Below are positions 28,753-38,591 of a stretch of 64,000 nucleotides of DNA, in pieces. A program made the position numbers and the translations under genes. The notes below the pieces were generated by a model that saw nothing but the letters and a program-made list of their open reading frames with translations, was not told the DNA's origin and ran no database searches. This stretch comes from Rhodocyclales bacterium. GTDB taxonomy: Bacteria; Pseudomonadota; Gammaproteobacteria; Burkholderiales; Rhodocyclaceae. The number at the start of each line of letters is the position of its first letter. The stretch's first letter is position 1. Location of the stretch: the NCBI GenBank assembly GCA_016183655.1, contig JACPEH010000001.1, positions 280 through 64,279 on the forward strand, written 5' to 3'.

Positions 28753-28957
28753 AGGGCGTGTTCACAGTAGATTCATGGAACGCGTTGCTGCGCAAAGGCG
28801 GTGGATGCGAGGCGCGCGGCGCCGCCCGCACTGATGTGCGGGCAAGCCGTGCAACGAAGCAGACGCCGCCTTTGCGCAGCAACCCTCCGGGACGATGTCT
28901 GCGTGGGCGCATCGCGCAGACATCGTCGCGCCCATGAATCTACTGCGAACACGCCCT
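28753..28957. mobile_element. MITE with IS5-like terminal inverted repeats
   Basis: AGGGCGTGTTCACAGTAGATTCATGG ... CCATGAATCTACTGCGAACACGCCCT (26 bp, 1 mismatch); CCAG/CTAG at the ends; no ORF. Confidence 0.85.
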
Positions 28958-29035
28958 AGGCCAATCCGCAGCGCCGCCGCCTCCGCGCGTAGGTTAAAAT
29001 TCGCGCCTCGGCCCCTTCCCGCACACCGCATCCCC

Positions 29036-29392
29036 ATGACTGCCAAAACCGCCTGCCGCATGTACGGCATCAAGAACTGCGACACGATGAAGAAGGCGAT
29101 GGCTTTCCTCGACGCGCAGGGCACCGCCTATGAATTCGTCGACTACAAGAAGGCCGGCGTCGCCGCCGGCCACCTGCCCGACTGGGCCAGCCGGGCCGGC
29201 TGGCAGAAGCTGCTGAACACACGCGGCCTGATGTGGAAGAAGCTGTCCGACGAACAGCGCGCCGGCGTCGATGAAGCCAAGGCGCTGGCGCTGATGGCCG
29301 AATACCCGAGCCTGATCAAGCGGCCGGTGCTCGACACCGGCAAGTCGCTGCTGGTCGGCTTCGACGCCGACGCCTACGCGAAGCTGAAATGA
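29036..29392 (+). CDS. ArsC/Spx family protein (YffB-like)
   Basis: YGIKNCDTMKKA, LLNTRG, PSLIKRPV. Confidence 0.92.
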   Translation: MTAKTACRMYGIKNCDTMKKAMAFLDAQGTAYEFVDYKKAGVAAGHLPDWASRAGWQKLLNTRGLMWKKLSDEQRAGVDEAKALALMAEYPSLIKRPVLDTGKSLLVGFDADAYAKLK

Positions 29393-30270
29393 CCATGGCC
29401 GACAGCTACGTCCTGCGCTTCCTGCTCGAAGACCTCGACATCCGCGGCGCCTTCGTCCGCCTCGGCACCGCCTGGCAGGCGATGCAGGCCGACCGCGGCT
29501 ACCCGGCGCCGGTGGCGCGGCTGCTCGGCGAGATGACGGCGACGGCGGCGATCATCGGCGGCAACCTGAAGCAGCCGGGCCGCCTCTCCTTCCAGCTGTC
29601 CGGCCACGGTCCGCTGAAATCGCTGATCCTCGACTGCACGCAGGACCTGAAGATCCGCGGCATGGCGCGCTTCGATCCGGCGCTGGCCGACCGCGCCGAA
29701 GCGCCACTGCGCAAGCTGCTCGGCGACGGCCGCCTGCTGCTGACGCTGGACAACCCGCTGGCGCAACTGCCCTACCAGAGCTTCGTTCCGCTCGAAGGCG
29801 GCAGCATCGCCGAGATCTTCGAGCACTACCTGGCGCAGTCGGAACAGCAGCCGGCCCGCCTCTTCCTCGCCGCCGACGACAAGGCCGCGGCCGGACTCTT
29901 CCTGCAGAAGCTGCCGAGCGCCGACGAACGCGACGCCGACGGCTGGAACCGTATCGCCCACCTGGCATCGACGGCAAAGCCCGAGGAACTGCTGACGCTG
30001 CGCCCGGAAGCCCTGCTCACCCGCCTGTTTGCCGAAGAGGACAAGCGCCTCTTCGAAGCCCGCGAAGTGACCTACCACTGCCCGGAAGACTGGGAGAAAG
30101 TGCGCGGCATGGTGCTCCAGCTCGGCCGCGGCGAAGTCGAGGCGATCCTCGCCGAACACGGCGAGCTGGTCGTCCGCGACGACATCTGCAACCGCGACTA
30201 CCGCTTCAGCGCGGCGGACATTGCGGAGCTGTTCGCCGGCGCGGCGCCGGCGAAGCCGACCTTGCACTGA
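29389..30270 (+). CDS. hslO: Hsp33 family chaperone (atypical Cys motif)
   Basis: IRGAFVRL, YQSFVPLEG, YLAQSEQ, GLFLQKLP. Confidence 0.9.
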   Translation: MTMADSYVLRFLLEDLDIRGAFVRLGTAWQAMQADRGYPAPVARLLGEMTATAAIIGGNLKQPGRLSFQLSGHGPLKSLILDCTQDLKIRGMARFDPALADRAEAPLRKLLGDGRLLLTLDNPLAQLPYQSFVPLEGGSIAEIFEHYLAQSEQQPARLFLAADDKAAAGLFLQKLPSADERDADGWNRIAHLASTAKPEELLTLRPEALLTRLFAEEDKRLFEAREVTYHCPEDWEKVRGMVLQLGRGEVEAILAEHGELVVRDDICNRDYRFSAADIAELFAGAAPAKPTLH

Positions 30271-30273
30271 CGA

Positions 30274-30537
30274 CTACCGTGACTGCCAGAAGCGGCGTTT
30301 GAGCATCAGATAGAGGATCGTGACTGAGGTCGCCACAAAAACCCCGGCCTGGATAAGCATTCCGGCAAAGCCGAAACCGTAATCCTCGGAAAGCTGCTGG
30401 ATTTCGACACCGGCGCGGTAAGCATGGAAATGCGCATAAGCCGAGGCGGCGATTTCAGACAGAACCACTCCGGCAACGAGAGCGACCGCCACATCGACGA
30501 CGACCAGCATGGGCATCGGCTGACGGCCACCGCCCAT
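30274..30537 (-). CDS. Small hypothetical membrane protein
   Basis: Two hydrophobic segments, lower GC; start uncertain. Confidence 0.5.
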   Translation of the reverse strand: MGGGRQPMPMLVVVDVAVALVAGVVLSEIAASAYAHFHAYRAGVEIQQLSEDYGFGFAGMLIQAGVFVATSVTILYLMLKRRFWQSR

Positions 30538-30541
30538 CCCG

Positions 30542-31939
30542 TTACAGCACCTTCCCCGGATTCATCAGCCCCTGCGGGTCGAGCGCGCGCTTGATCGCGC
30601 GCATCATCTCCATCTCCAGCGGGCTCTTGTAGCGCAGGATTTCCTCGCGCTTCAGCTGGCCGATGCCGTGCTCGGCGCTGATGCTGCCGCCGTGCACATG
30701 CACCAGGTCGTGCACGATGCGGTTCACCGCCGGCTGCGCCGCGACGAAGGCAGCGTTGTCGCCCTGCTCCGCCATCGACAGGTTGTAGTGCAGGTTGCCG
30801 TCGCCGACGTGGCCGAAGGCGACCACGCGCAGGCCGGGGAAGGCGTTCGCCAGCGCGCCGTCGGCCTGGTCGAGGAAGGCCGCCAGGCGGGAGATCGGCA
30901 GCGAGACGTCGTGCTTGATGCTGACACCCTCGATCTTCTGCGCTTCCGAGATGTTCTCGCGCAAGGCCCACAGCTGCCGCGCCTGCGCCTCGCTCTGCGC
31001 GAGCACGGCATCGCTGCACTGCTCCGCGTCGAGCTCGCGCGCGAGGAAGACTTCGAGCCGTGCACACAGTTCGGCGTCGTCGCCGCCGGCGGAAAGCTCG
31101 ACCAGCACGTACCACGGGCTCGCCGCCAGCGGCCGCGCGGCGCCGGGAATGTGGCGCAGCACGAGACCGAGCGAAAGCTCCGAGACCAGCTCGCAGGCGG
31201 TCAGCAGCGGCCCGAATTCGCCCTGCAGCGCCGTCAGCAGGCCGATCGCGGCGCGCGGCGAGGCGACCGACACCCAGGCGGTGGCGACCGCCGTCGGCAG
31301 CGGAAAGAGCTTCATCGTCGCCGCGGTGATGATGCCGAGCGTGCCTTCGGCGCCGATGAACAGGTGCTTCAGGTCGTATCCGGTGTTGTCCTTCCGCAGG
31401 CCGCGCAGGCCGTGCCAGACCTCGCCCGACGGCAGCACCACTTCCAGCCCGAGCGTCAGCTCGCGGGTGTTGCCGTAGCGCAGCACCTGCACGCCGCCGG
31501 CGTTGGTCGACAGGTTGCCGCCGAGCTGCGCCGAGCCTTCGGCCGCCAGCGACAGCGGGAACTGGCGGCCGGCCTCGACCGCTGCGTACTGCAGCGCGGC
31601 GAGCACGCAGCCGGCCTCGGCGGTGATCGTGTTGTTCTCGGCGTCGAGGGCGCGGATGCGGTTCATCCGCGACAGGCAGACGACCACCGCCTCGCCGGCG
31701 TCGTCGGGCGTCGCCGCACCGCACAGGCTGGTGTTGCCGCCCTGCGGCACCACCGGCGCGCCGGCTTCGGCGCAGGCACGGACGACGGCGGCGACCTCGG
31801 CGACGCCGCCGGGACGGACGACGCAACGCGCAGCACCGCGATAGCGGCCACGCCAGTCGACCAGGTAGGGCGCCATGTCGTCGCCGCGCAGCACGTTGCC
31901 GGTGCCGACGGCGGTCTGCAGGCGTTCGACGAGGTCCAT
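30542..31939 (-). CDS. FAD-linked oxidase (D-2-hydroxyacid dehydrogenase / GlcD family)
   Basis: PQGGNT, LRKDNTGYDL, GHVGDGNLH, SAEHGIG, MNPGKV. Confidence 0.93.
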   Translation of the reverse strand: MDLVERLQTAVGTGNVLRGDDMAPYLVDWRGRYRGAARCVVRPGGVAEVAAVVRACAEAGAPVVPQGGNTSLCGAATPDDAGEAVVVCLSRMNRIRALDAENNTITAEAGCVLAALQYAAVEAGRQFPLSLAAEGSAQLGGNLSTNAGGVQVLRYGNTRELTLGLEVVLPSGEVWHGLRGLRKDNTGYDLKHLFIGAEGTLGIITAATMKLFPLPTAVATAWVSVASPRAAIGLLTALQGEFGPLLTACELVSELSLGLVLRHIPGAARPLAASPWYVLVELSAGGDDAELCARLEVFLARELDAEQCSDAVLAQSEAQARQLWALRENISEAQKIEGVSIKHDVSLPISRLAAFLDQADGALANAFPGLRVVAFGHVGDGNLHYNLSMAEQGDNAAFVAAQPAVNRIVHDLVHVHGGSISAEHGIGQLKREEILRYKSPLEMEMMRAIKRALDPQGLMNPGKVL

Positions 31940-32829
31940 CAGTCCCGCCCCAGCGCGCGCAGGATGGCCGGCTGCATCACGCGCACGGCCTCGACGCCCT
32001 CGTCGATCGCCTCGGCACCGCGGTGGAAGTCGAGCAGCCCGACCTGCGCCAGACGCGGCGCAATGAGTACGTCGGCCGGTTCGCCGGCGAGCCGGCTGCG
32101 GGCGATGCGCACCTGCATGATATTCAGGCTGCCGGCGACAACGTCGAGCAGCGATGGGCCGTGACCATTGCCGTTGCCCCCATTGCCGTCGCCGACGGCT
32201 TCGCCGGGCCGGCCGAACAGCTGCCCGAGCCGCTGCCGCCAGGCCGAGGCCGGCGGCGGTGCGGGCGGCGCCTTGAAGCGCTGGCTGACCAGATCGGAAC
32301 CGAGGTCGACGGCGATCACCACGTCGGCGCCAAGCGCCCGGCACAGCGACACCGGCACCGGGTTCACCAGGCCGCCATCGACCAGCAGGCGGTCGCCGCT
32401 CATCTGCGGCGCGAACAAGCCGGGCAGCGCGATCGAGGCGCGTACGGCGGCGGCGACACTGCCCTCCTTCAGCCAGACCTCGCGGCCATTGAGCAGGTCG
32501 GTGGCAACACAGGCGAAGGGCCGCGGCAGGTCGTCAAAGTTGCGGTCGACGAAATGGCGGGCGAAGAAGGCCATCAGCTTGTCGCCCTTGATCATGCCGC
32601 CGCGGCCGCCGACGTCGAAAAAGCCGACCACCGACTGCCAGGTCAGCGTGCGCACCCAGGCCTCCAGGCCGGACAGGTCGCCGTCGGCATGGGCGGCACC
32701 GACGAAGGCGCCGATCGAGGTGCCGCAGACGATGTCCGGCTCGACGCCCATCTCGGCCAGCGCGCGCAGCACGCCGATGTGCGCCCAGCCGCGGGCGGAA
32801 CCGCTGCCCAGTGCGACGCCGATCTTCAT
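31939..32829 (-). CDS. rssA: Patatin-like phospholipase RssA
   Basis: ALGSGSARGWAHIG, GTSIG, VDGGLVNPVP. Confidence 0.88.
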   Translation of the reverse strand: MKIGVALGSGSARGWAHIGVLRALAEMGVEPDIVCGTSIGAFVGAAHADGDLSGLEAWVRTLTWQSVVGFFDVGGRGGMIKGDKLMAFFARHFVDRNFDDLPRPFACVATDLLNGREVWLKEGSVAAAVRASIALPGLFAPQMSGDRLLVDGGLVNPVPVSLCRALGADVVIAVDLGSDLVSQRFKAPPAPPPASAWRQRLGQLFGRPGEAVGDGNGGNGNGHGPSLLDVVAGSLNIMQVRIARSRLAGEPADVLIAPRLAQVGLLDFHRGAEAIDEGVEAVRVMQPAILRALGRD

Positions 32830-32839
32830 TGCACCGTCC

Positions 32840-34171
32840 TCAGATCCGCTCGGCGTAGAGGTCGTGCGCGTCAGTGTCGACCACGCGCACGGTGAGGAAG
32901 TCGCCCGGTTCGACGTCGAACACGCCGTCGAGATAGACCAGCCCGTCGATCTCCGGCGCATCGGCCTTGCTGCGGGCGATGGCGCCTTCGTCGTCGACCT
33001 CGTCGACCAGCACTTCGATCTCGCGGCCGATCTTCGCCGCCATCAGCTCGGCGGAGATGTCCTCCTGCAGCTCCATCAGCTGGCGCTGGCGCTCCTCGCG
33101 GATCTCCTGCGGCACCGGGTCGGCCAGCGTATTGGCGACCGCGCCGTCGACCGGCGAATAGGCGAAGCAGCCGACGCGGTCGAGCTTCGCTTCCTCCAGG
33201 AAGCCGAGCAGCTCCTCGAACTCGGCCTCGGTCTCGCCCGGGAAGCCGGCAATGAAGGTCGAGCGGATGGTGATCTCCGGGCAGATGCTGCGCCAGGCCT
33301 TGATCCGCTCCAGGTTGTTCTCGGCCGAGGCCGGCCGCTTCATCGCCTTCAGGATGCGCGGGCTGGCATGCTGGAACGGCACATCCAGATACGGCAGGAT
33401 CTTGCCCTCGGCCATCAGCGGGATCAGGTCGTCGACGCTGGGGTACGGATAGACGTAGTGCAGCCGCACCCAGATGCCGAACTCGGCGAGCGCCTCGCAC
33501 AGCTCCTTCAGCCGCGTCTTGACCGGGCGGCCGCCCCAGAAGCCCATGCGGTACTTGAGGTCGACGCCGTAGGCCGAGGTGTCCTGCGAGATGACCAGGA
33601 TCTCCTTGACGCCGGCCTCGGCCAGGTTCTTCGCCTCCTGCAGCACGTCGCCGATCGGGCGCGAAACCAGCGGGCCGCGCATCGACGGGATGATGCAGAA
33701 GGTGCAGCTGTGGTTGCAGCCCTCGGAAATCTTGATGTAGGCGTAGTGCTGCGGCGTCGGGCGGATGCCCTGCGGCGGCACCAGGCTGGTGAACGGGTCG
33801 TGCGGCTGCGGCAGGTGGGTGTGCACGTGGTGCATCACCTCGTCGGTCGCGTGCGGGCCGGTGATCGCCAGTACCGACGGGTGCACGCTGCGCACCACCT
33901 CGTCCTTGGCGCCGAGGCAGCCGGTGACGATGACCTTGCCGTTCTCGTTCAAGGCCTCGCCGATCGCGTCGAGCGACTCCTCGACGGCGGCGTCGATGAA
34001 GCCGCAGGTATTCACCACGACCAGGTCGGCGCCGTCGTAGGAACCGGAAATCAGATAACCCTCGGCGCGCAGCCGGGTCAGGATCTGCTCGGCGTCGCTG
34101 GTCGCCTTCGGGCAGCCGAGGCTGACGAAACCGACGGTCGGCACGCCGGCGGTCGACGCATTTTCTTGCAC
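32840..34171 (-). CDS. rimO: Ribosomal protein S12 methylthiotransferase
   Basis: [29 protein letters not shown]; GTG start inferred. Confidence 0.96.
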   Translation of the reverse strand: MQENASTAGVPTVGFVSLGCPKATSDAEQILTRLRAEGYLISGSYDGADLVVVNTCGFIDAAVEESLDAIGEALNENGKVIVTGCLGAKDEVVRSVHPSVLAITGPHATDEVMHHVHTHLPQPHDPFTSLVPPQGIRPTPQHYAYIKISEGCNHSCTFCIIPSMRGPLVSRPIGDVLQEAKNLAEAGVKEILVISQDTSAYGVDLKYRMGFWGGRPVKTRLKELCEALAEFGIWVRLHYVYPYPSVDDLIPLMAEGKILPYLDVPFQHASPRILKAMKRPASAENNLERIKAWRSICPEITIRSTFIAGFPGETEAEFEELLGFLEEAKLDRVGCFAYSPVDGAVANTLADPVPQEIREERQRQLMELQEDISAELMAAKIGREIEVLVDEVDDEGAIARSKADAPEIDGLVYLDGVFDVEPGDFLTVRVVDTDAHDLYAERI

Positions 34172-34432
34172 TTTCAACTCACTCAATTCGGGGGCTCTAT
34201 TCAAAACGTCTATCGATAAAAACGCCCGGAAAAACAAGGTCATTGCGTTTTCCGGGAGGCGGCAGGCGGAAGTATATTTCAGACGGCCGCCGCCGGCGCG
34301 GGAATTGCAGGTTCGGCAGGTTCGCGGCAGCAGCAATGCGGGAAGCGCGGTGCTATAACTCAACCAGGTTCCCACCGGGCGGGGGACCGGTTTTCGCCGC
34401 TTGCCCCCTTCCCCGGCGGGAAGGAGCGCCGC

Positions 34433-35845
34433 ATGGCCATTTCCGCCATCTCGGGATTCAGTCCCGCCCTCTCGCTGATCGGTTCGCTCAGTCCGCTCCG
34501 GCAGGTGTCGCTGCTGCAGCCGACGAGCGGCATAAACAGCCTGGGCAGCCTGCTCTCGATCGCCTCGACGCAGGCCAGCTTCTCCAGTATCTCCAGCCTC
34601 GGGCGCCTGCTCAACGACGTCGAGACGCTGCAGACGGCCGCCGCCGCGCTGGCCGTTCCCGGCGTATTCGTCGCGCGCAGCGTCAGCGCGTCGAACGCAA
34701 CCACCGCCACGGCCACCGCCAGCGCCGCGACGCCGACCGGCAGTTACGCGCTGCAGGTCGACCAGCTGGCACAGGCGCAGACATTGACCACGGCGGCGCA
34801 GGCCAGTTCGCTGTCAACCATCGGCAGCGGCGGAGCGACAACGCTGAGCTTCGCATTCGCCGGCGGCACCAGCCGCAGCGTCACGCTGGGCAGTACCGGC
34901 AACACGCTGGCCGGCATCGCCTCGGCGATCAACGCCGCCGGCATCGGCATCACGGCCACGCTGGCCACTTCCAGCAGCGGCGTCCGGCTGTCGCTGACCG
35001 GCCAGACCGGCGCCGCCAACGCCTTCAGCATCGAGGTCAGCGGCGATGCCGCCGTCGCCGACGCACTCGCTTTTCCTGCCGGCGGCAGCGGCGGCCCGAC
35101 GCTGACCGTGACGGCGCAGGACGCGCAGGGCGAGGTCAACGGCATCGCCTTCAGCGCCAGCACCAACAGCGTCAATACGGCCGTCGCCGGGCTGTCGCTG
35201 AACCTGCTCGGAACGGGAGCGGCGACGCTGACGGTGGCCGCCAACAGCGACGCCGCAAAGGCCGTGCGCAGCTTCGTCGACGCCTTCAACGAGGTGCGCA
35301 GCGGGTTCGCCGAACTGGCCGGCGCCAGCCCGGTGCTCGGCCTGACCGCATCCTTCCTCGGCGCGCAGCTGACGGCGGCGTTGAACACCGCCGGCGGCAG
35401 TGCCGGCACCTCGTCCTTGACGCTGACGCAGATCGGCATCACGAGCGGCATCGACGGCACGCTAGCGTTCAACGAGGCGGCCTTCCAGACCGCGCTGAAC
35501 ACCAACCAGGCGGGCGTGGCGACGCTGTTCCGCAACGGCGGCAAGGGAATCGCCGAGCAGGTTGCGGCGCAGGCGGCCGGACCGCTCTCCCCGGCGCAGC
35601 TGCTGCCGCTGCTGACGCCGGCGCTGAGCTTCCAGGGAAGCTTCGGCACCTCGTCGGCAAGCGGCCTGCTGCTGTCGCTGTTCGGCTCGGGCAGCACGCT
35701 GGGCAGCACCGGCCTATCGTCGTCGCTCGCCAACGAGCTGCTGTTCGCGCAACTGCTCGGCGCCAGCCAGACCGGCAGCGGCCAGAGCAGCAACTCGCTG
35801 GCCGACCTGTTGTTCGCCGAACTGCTGTTCGCCAACCAGCTGTGA
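34433..35845 (+). CDS. Atypical FliD-like (flagellar cap) protein
   Basis: [43 protein letters not shown]...GTL; non-canonical termini; AAGGAG RBS. Confidence 0.75.
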   Translation: MAISAISGFSPALSLIGSLSPLRQVSLLQPTSGINSLGSLLSIASTQASFSSISSLGRLLNDVETLQTAAAALAVPGVFVARSVSASNATTATATASAATPTGSYALQVDQLAQAQTLTTAAQASSLSTIGSGGATTLSFAFAGGTSRSVTLGSTGNTLAGIASAINAAGIGITATLATSSSGVRLSLTGQTGAANAFSIEVSGDAAVADALAFPAGGSGGPTLTVTAQDAQGEVNGIAFSASTNSVNTAVAGLSLNLLGTGAATLTVAANSDAAKAVRSFVDAFNEVRSGFAELAGASPVLGLTASFLGAQLTAALNTAGGSAGTSSLTLTQIGITSGIDGTLAFNEAAFQTALNTNQAGVATLFRNGGKGIAEQVAAQAAGPLSPAQLLPLLTPALSFQGSFGTSSASGLLLSLFGSGSTLGSTGLSSSLANELLFAQLLGASQTGSGQSSNSLADLLFAELLFANQL

Positions 35846-35850
35846 GGCCG

Positions 35851-35905
35851 TCAGGCGTACCCCAAGGGCACTTGTTCGCAATGCGCAGAGCGCATTGCTC
35901 AGGCG
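35851..35905 (-). repeat. Single 48-bp two-hairpin unit
   Basis: TCAGGCG at 35851 and 35899, 48 bp apart; same body as the 22451 unit. Confidence 0.9.
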
Positions 35906-36840
35906 CCCGGCGCCTGCCGCGGGCAGGCGTCGCGCACGCCCTCAGCGATGATCTCGGCCAGCCGGCGCACGCCCGGCCCGGCGAAGTCGGGATCGGCCAG
36001 CACCAGATACAGATCGACGAAGCGCTCCTCGGCGCCGGCCATCGGCAGCGGCTGGAGCCGCCCGTCGGCCAGTTCGCGCGCGATGCGCTCTTCCGGATAC
36101 CAGGCAAAGCCGTGACCGGCGCAGGCGGCGGCGATCGAGCTGGCCATGCTGGAAAACACCCAGCGCTGCTCGACCTCGATCATCACCGCCCGCCGGTCGC
36201 GCGTCGATTCGGTGCTGCGCACGGTGAGGTGGCGGTGCGCGCGCAGGTCCTTGAGGCCGATTTTGCGAGCGATTTTGCCACCGCTCTCGCGCCCGAGCGC
36301 GTGCAGCGGATGCGACGGCGCGGCGACGGCGACCAGGCGCTGGCGCAGCAGCGTCGTGCCGAGGAAACCCGGCGGAATCTGCGGCGCGATCGCCAGGTCG
36401 GCCTGCCCGGTGAGCAGCGCCTCGGCGGTGCCGCCGAGCACCGACTCGATCACCTCGACGCGCGTCTGCGGGCTCTCGGCGCCGAAGCGCGCCAGCGCGT
36501 CGATCAGCAGGTCGGGCGGAAACAGCACCTCGGCGGCGACGCCGATCTCCGCCTCCCAGCCGGCCGACAGCGTGCGTGCCGCCTGCTCGAGGTCGCTCGC
36601 CTCGTTCACCAGCGCCTGCGCACGGCGGTAGAGCAGGTGCCCGGTCGGCGTCAGCACCGCCTTGCGCCCCTGGATCTCGAAGGCGCGCACGCCGAGCAGC
36701 GATTCGATCTTCTGCACCGCGTAGGTCACCGCCGACTGGCTCTTGTGCAGCGCCGCGGCGGCCTGCGCGTAGCCGCCGGCGTCGACGACGGCGATCAGCG
36801 CGCGCCACTGGTCGAGGGCGATATGGGGAACCGAGCTCAT
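35899..36840 (-). CDS. LysR-family regulator
   Basis: GGYAQAAAALHKSQSAVTYAVQKIE; divergent from azoR-pirin. Confidence 0.93.
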   Translation of the reverse strand: MSSVPHIALDQWRALIAVVDAGGYAQAAAALHKSQSAVTYAVQKIESLLGVRAFEIQGRKAVLTPTGHLLYRRAQALVNEASDLEQAARTLSAGWEAEIGVAAEVLFPPDLLIDALARFGAESPQTRVEVIESVLGGTAEALLTGQADLAIAPQIPPGFLGTTLLRQRLVAVAAPSHPLHALGRESGGKIARKIGLKDLRAHRHLTVRSTESTRDRRAVMIEVEQRWVFSSMASSIAAACAGHGFAWYPEERIARELADGRLQPLPMAGAEERFVDLYLVLADPDFAGPGVRRLAEIIAEGVRDACPRQAPGA

Positions 36841-36951
36841 ATCCAATAAATAGATTGTTATTGGCTAAATATTGTTCTTTTTTATCGTTTTGGTAAATCG
36901 TTAAATACGGGTGTCGCCACACTTTCAAGCGCAACAGCCCCGGAGACCACG

Positions 36952-37563
36952 ATGACCACCCTGCTGCAACTGAACACCAGCCTTTTCTCGCACAACGGCC
37001 AGTCGAGCCAGCTTGCCGAACGCTTCGTCGCCCGCTGGCAGGCTGCCAACCCGGATGCCCGCGTCGTCGCCCGCGACCTCGCCGGAACACCGGTGCCGCA
37101 CCTCGACGCGCCGCGCTTCCTCGCCTTCCTCGCCAGGCCGGAAGAGCGCAACGCCGAGCAGCAGGCGGTGGTCGACTTCTCCGACGCGCTGATCGACGAG
37201 CTGCGCACCGCCGGCACCATCGTCATCGGCCTGCCGATGTACAACCTCGGCATCCCGTCGACGCTGAAGGCCTACTTCGACCACATCGCCCGCGCCGGCG
37301 TCACCTTCCGCTATACGGCGAACGGTCCCGAGGGCTTGCTTGGCGGCAAGAAGGCCATTGTCTTCGCCACCCGCGGCGGCCGCTACGCCGGCACGCCGCT
37401 CGACAGCCAGACCGACTACGTGAAGAACTTCCTCGGCTTCATCGGCATCACCGACGTCGAGTTCGTCTACGCCGAGGGCCTGAACATGGGCGAGGAGAGC
37501 AAGACCGAGGCGCTCGCCGCCGCGCACCGCGAAATTGAAGCACTCGAAGCCCTCGCCGCCTGA
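36952..37563 (+). CDS. azoR: FMN-dependent NADH-azoreductase
   Basis: PMYNLGIPSTLKAYFD, RAGVTFRYT, TRGG, AEGL. Confidence 0.95.
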   Translation: MTTLLQLNTSLFSHNGQSSQLAERFVARWQAANPDARVVARDLAGTPVPHLDAPRFLAFLARPEERNAEQQAVVDFSDALIDELRTAGTIVIGLPMYNLGIPSTLKAYFDHIARAGVTFRYTANGPEGLLGGKKAIVFATRGGRYAGTPLDSQTDYVKNFLGFIGITDVEFVYAEGLNMGEESKTEALAAAHREIEALEALAA

Positions 37564-37584
37564 AACCGACTACCGGAGACCGCC

Positions 37585-38457
37585 ATGAGCACCCGTACCC
37601 TGCAACGCGTCATCCCCTCGATCCCGGTGTCCGACGGCGCCGGCGTGCGCCTGCGGCGCAGCCTCGGCCAGCAGCCGGCGCTGCGCCTCGACCCCTTCCT
37701 GATGCTCGACGAGTTCTCGTCGGACAACCCGGACGACTACATCGCCGGCTTCCCGCCGCACCCGCACCGCGGCTTCGAGACGGTGACCTACATGCTCGCC
37801 GGCCACTTCCTGCACGAGGACCACCTCGGCCACCGTGGCCATCTGCGTGGCGGCGGCGCGCAATGGATGACCGCTGGCCGCGGCATCGTCCACTCGGAAA
37901 TGCCGCAGCAGGAAAGTGGCCGCGTGCACGGCTTCCAGTTCTGGCTGAACCTGCCGGCGAAGGAGAAGATGAAGCCGGCCGCCTACCGCGACATCCAGCC
38001 GGAAGAAATCCCGACGGCGACGGTCGGCGGCGCCGAGGTGCGCGTCGTCGCCGGCACGCTGCAGAGCGGCGAGGTTAATGTGCCGGGACCGATCCAGGGC
38101 TTGTCCACCGCCCCGCTCTTTCTCGACGTACGCCTGCCCGCCGGCGGCCGCTTCACGCAGGCGCTGCCGGCCGGCCACACCGCCTTCGTCTATCCCTACG
38201 CCGGCGACCTGCAGGTCGGCCCGGCCGGCGCGACGCGCCCGCTGGCGCAGCGCCAGGCCGGCGTGCTCTCGCCCGGCGAGACAATCGAGGTCGCCGCCGC
38301 CGACGCCCCGGCCGCCTTCCTGCTGCTCGCCGCCCGCCCGCTCGGCGAACCGGTGGTGCAGTACGGGCCGTTCGTGATGAACACGCGCGAGGAGATCGAG
38401 CAGGCGATCGCCGACTACCAGAGCGGCCGGCTGACGCAGGAGCCAGCCCGGCCGTAA
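37585..38457 (+). CDS. Pirin family protein
   Basis: DPFLMLD, HPHRGFETVTY, QWMTAGRGIVHSE, GPFVMNT. Confidence 0.95.
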   Translation: MSTRTLQRVIPSIPVSDGAGVRLRRSLGQQPALRLDPFLMLDEFSSDNPDDYIAGFPPHPHRGFETVTYMLAGHFLHEDHLGHRGHLRGGGAQWMTAGRGIVHSEMPQQESGRVHGFQFWLNLPAKEKMKPAAYRDIQPEEIPTATVGGAEVRVVAGTLQSGEVNVPGPIQGLSTAPLFLDVRLPAGGRFTQALPAGHTAFVYPYAGDLQVGPAGATRPLAQRQAGVLSPGETIEVAAADAPAAFLLLAARPLGEPVVQYGPFVMNTREEIEQAIADYQSGRLTQEPARP

Positions 38458-38591
38458 ACAGCGCTTGAACCTTTCCCCGGCATCCAGCGAAAAACCCGCC
38501 AACGTCAGGAGCCGGCCTCCGCCCGGTTTCCCCGAACGAAATCCAGCGCCGACGACTCGAAGGCTGCATACCAGACAAACGGAGCCCCGGC

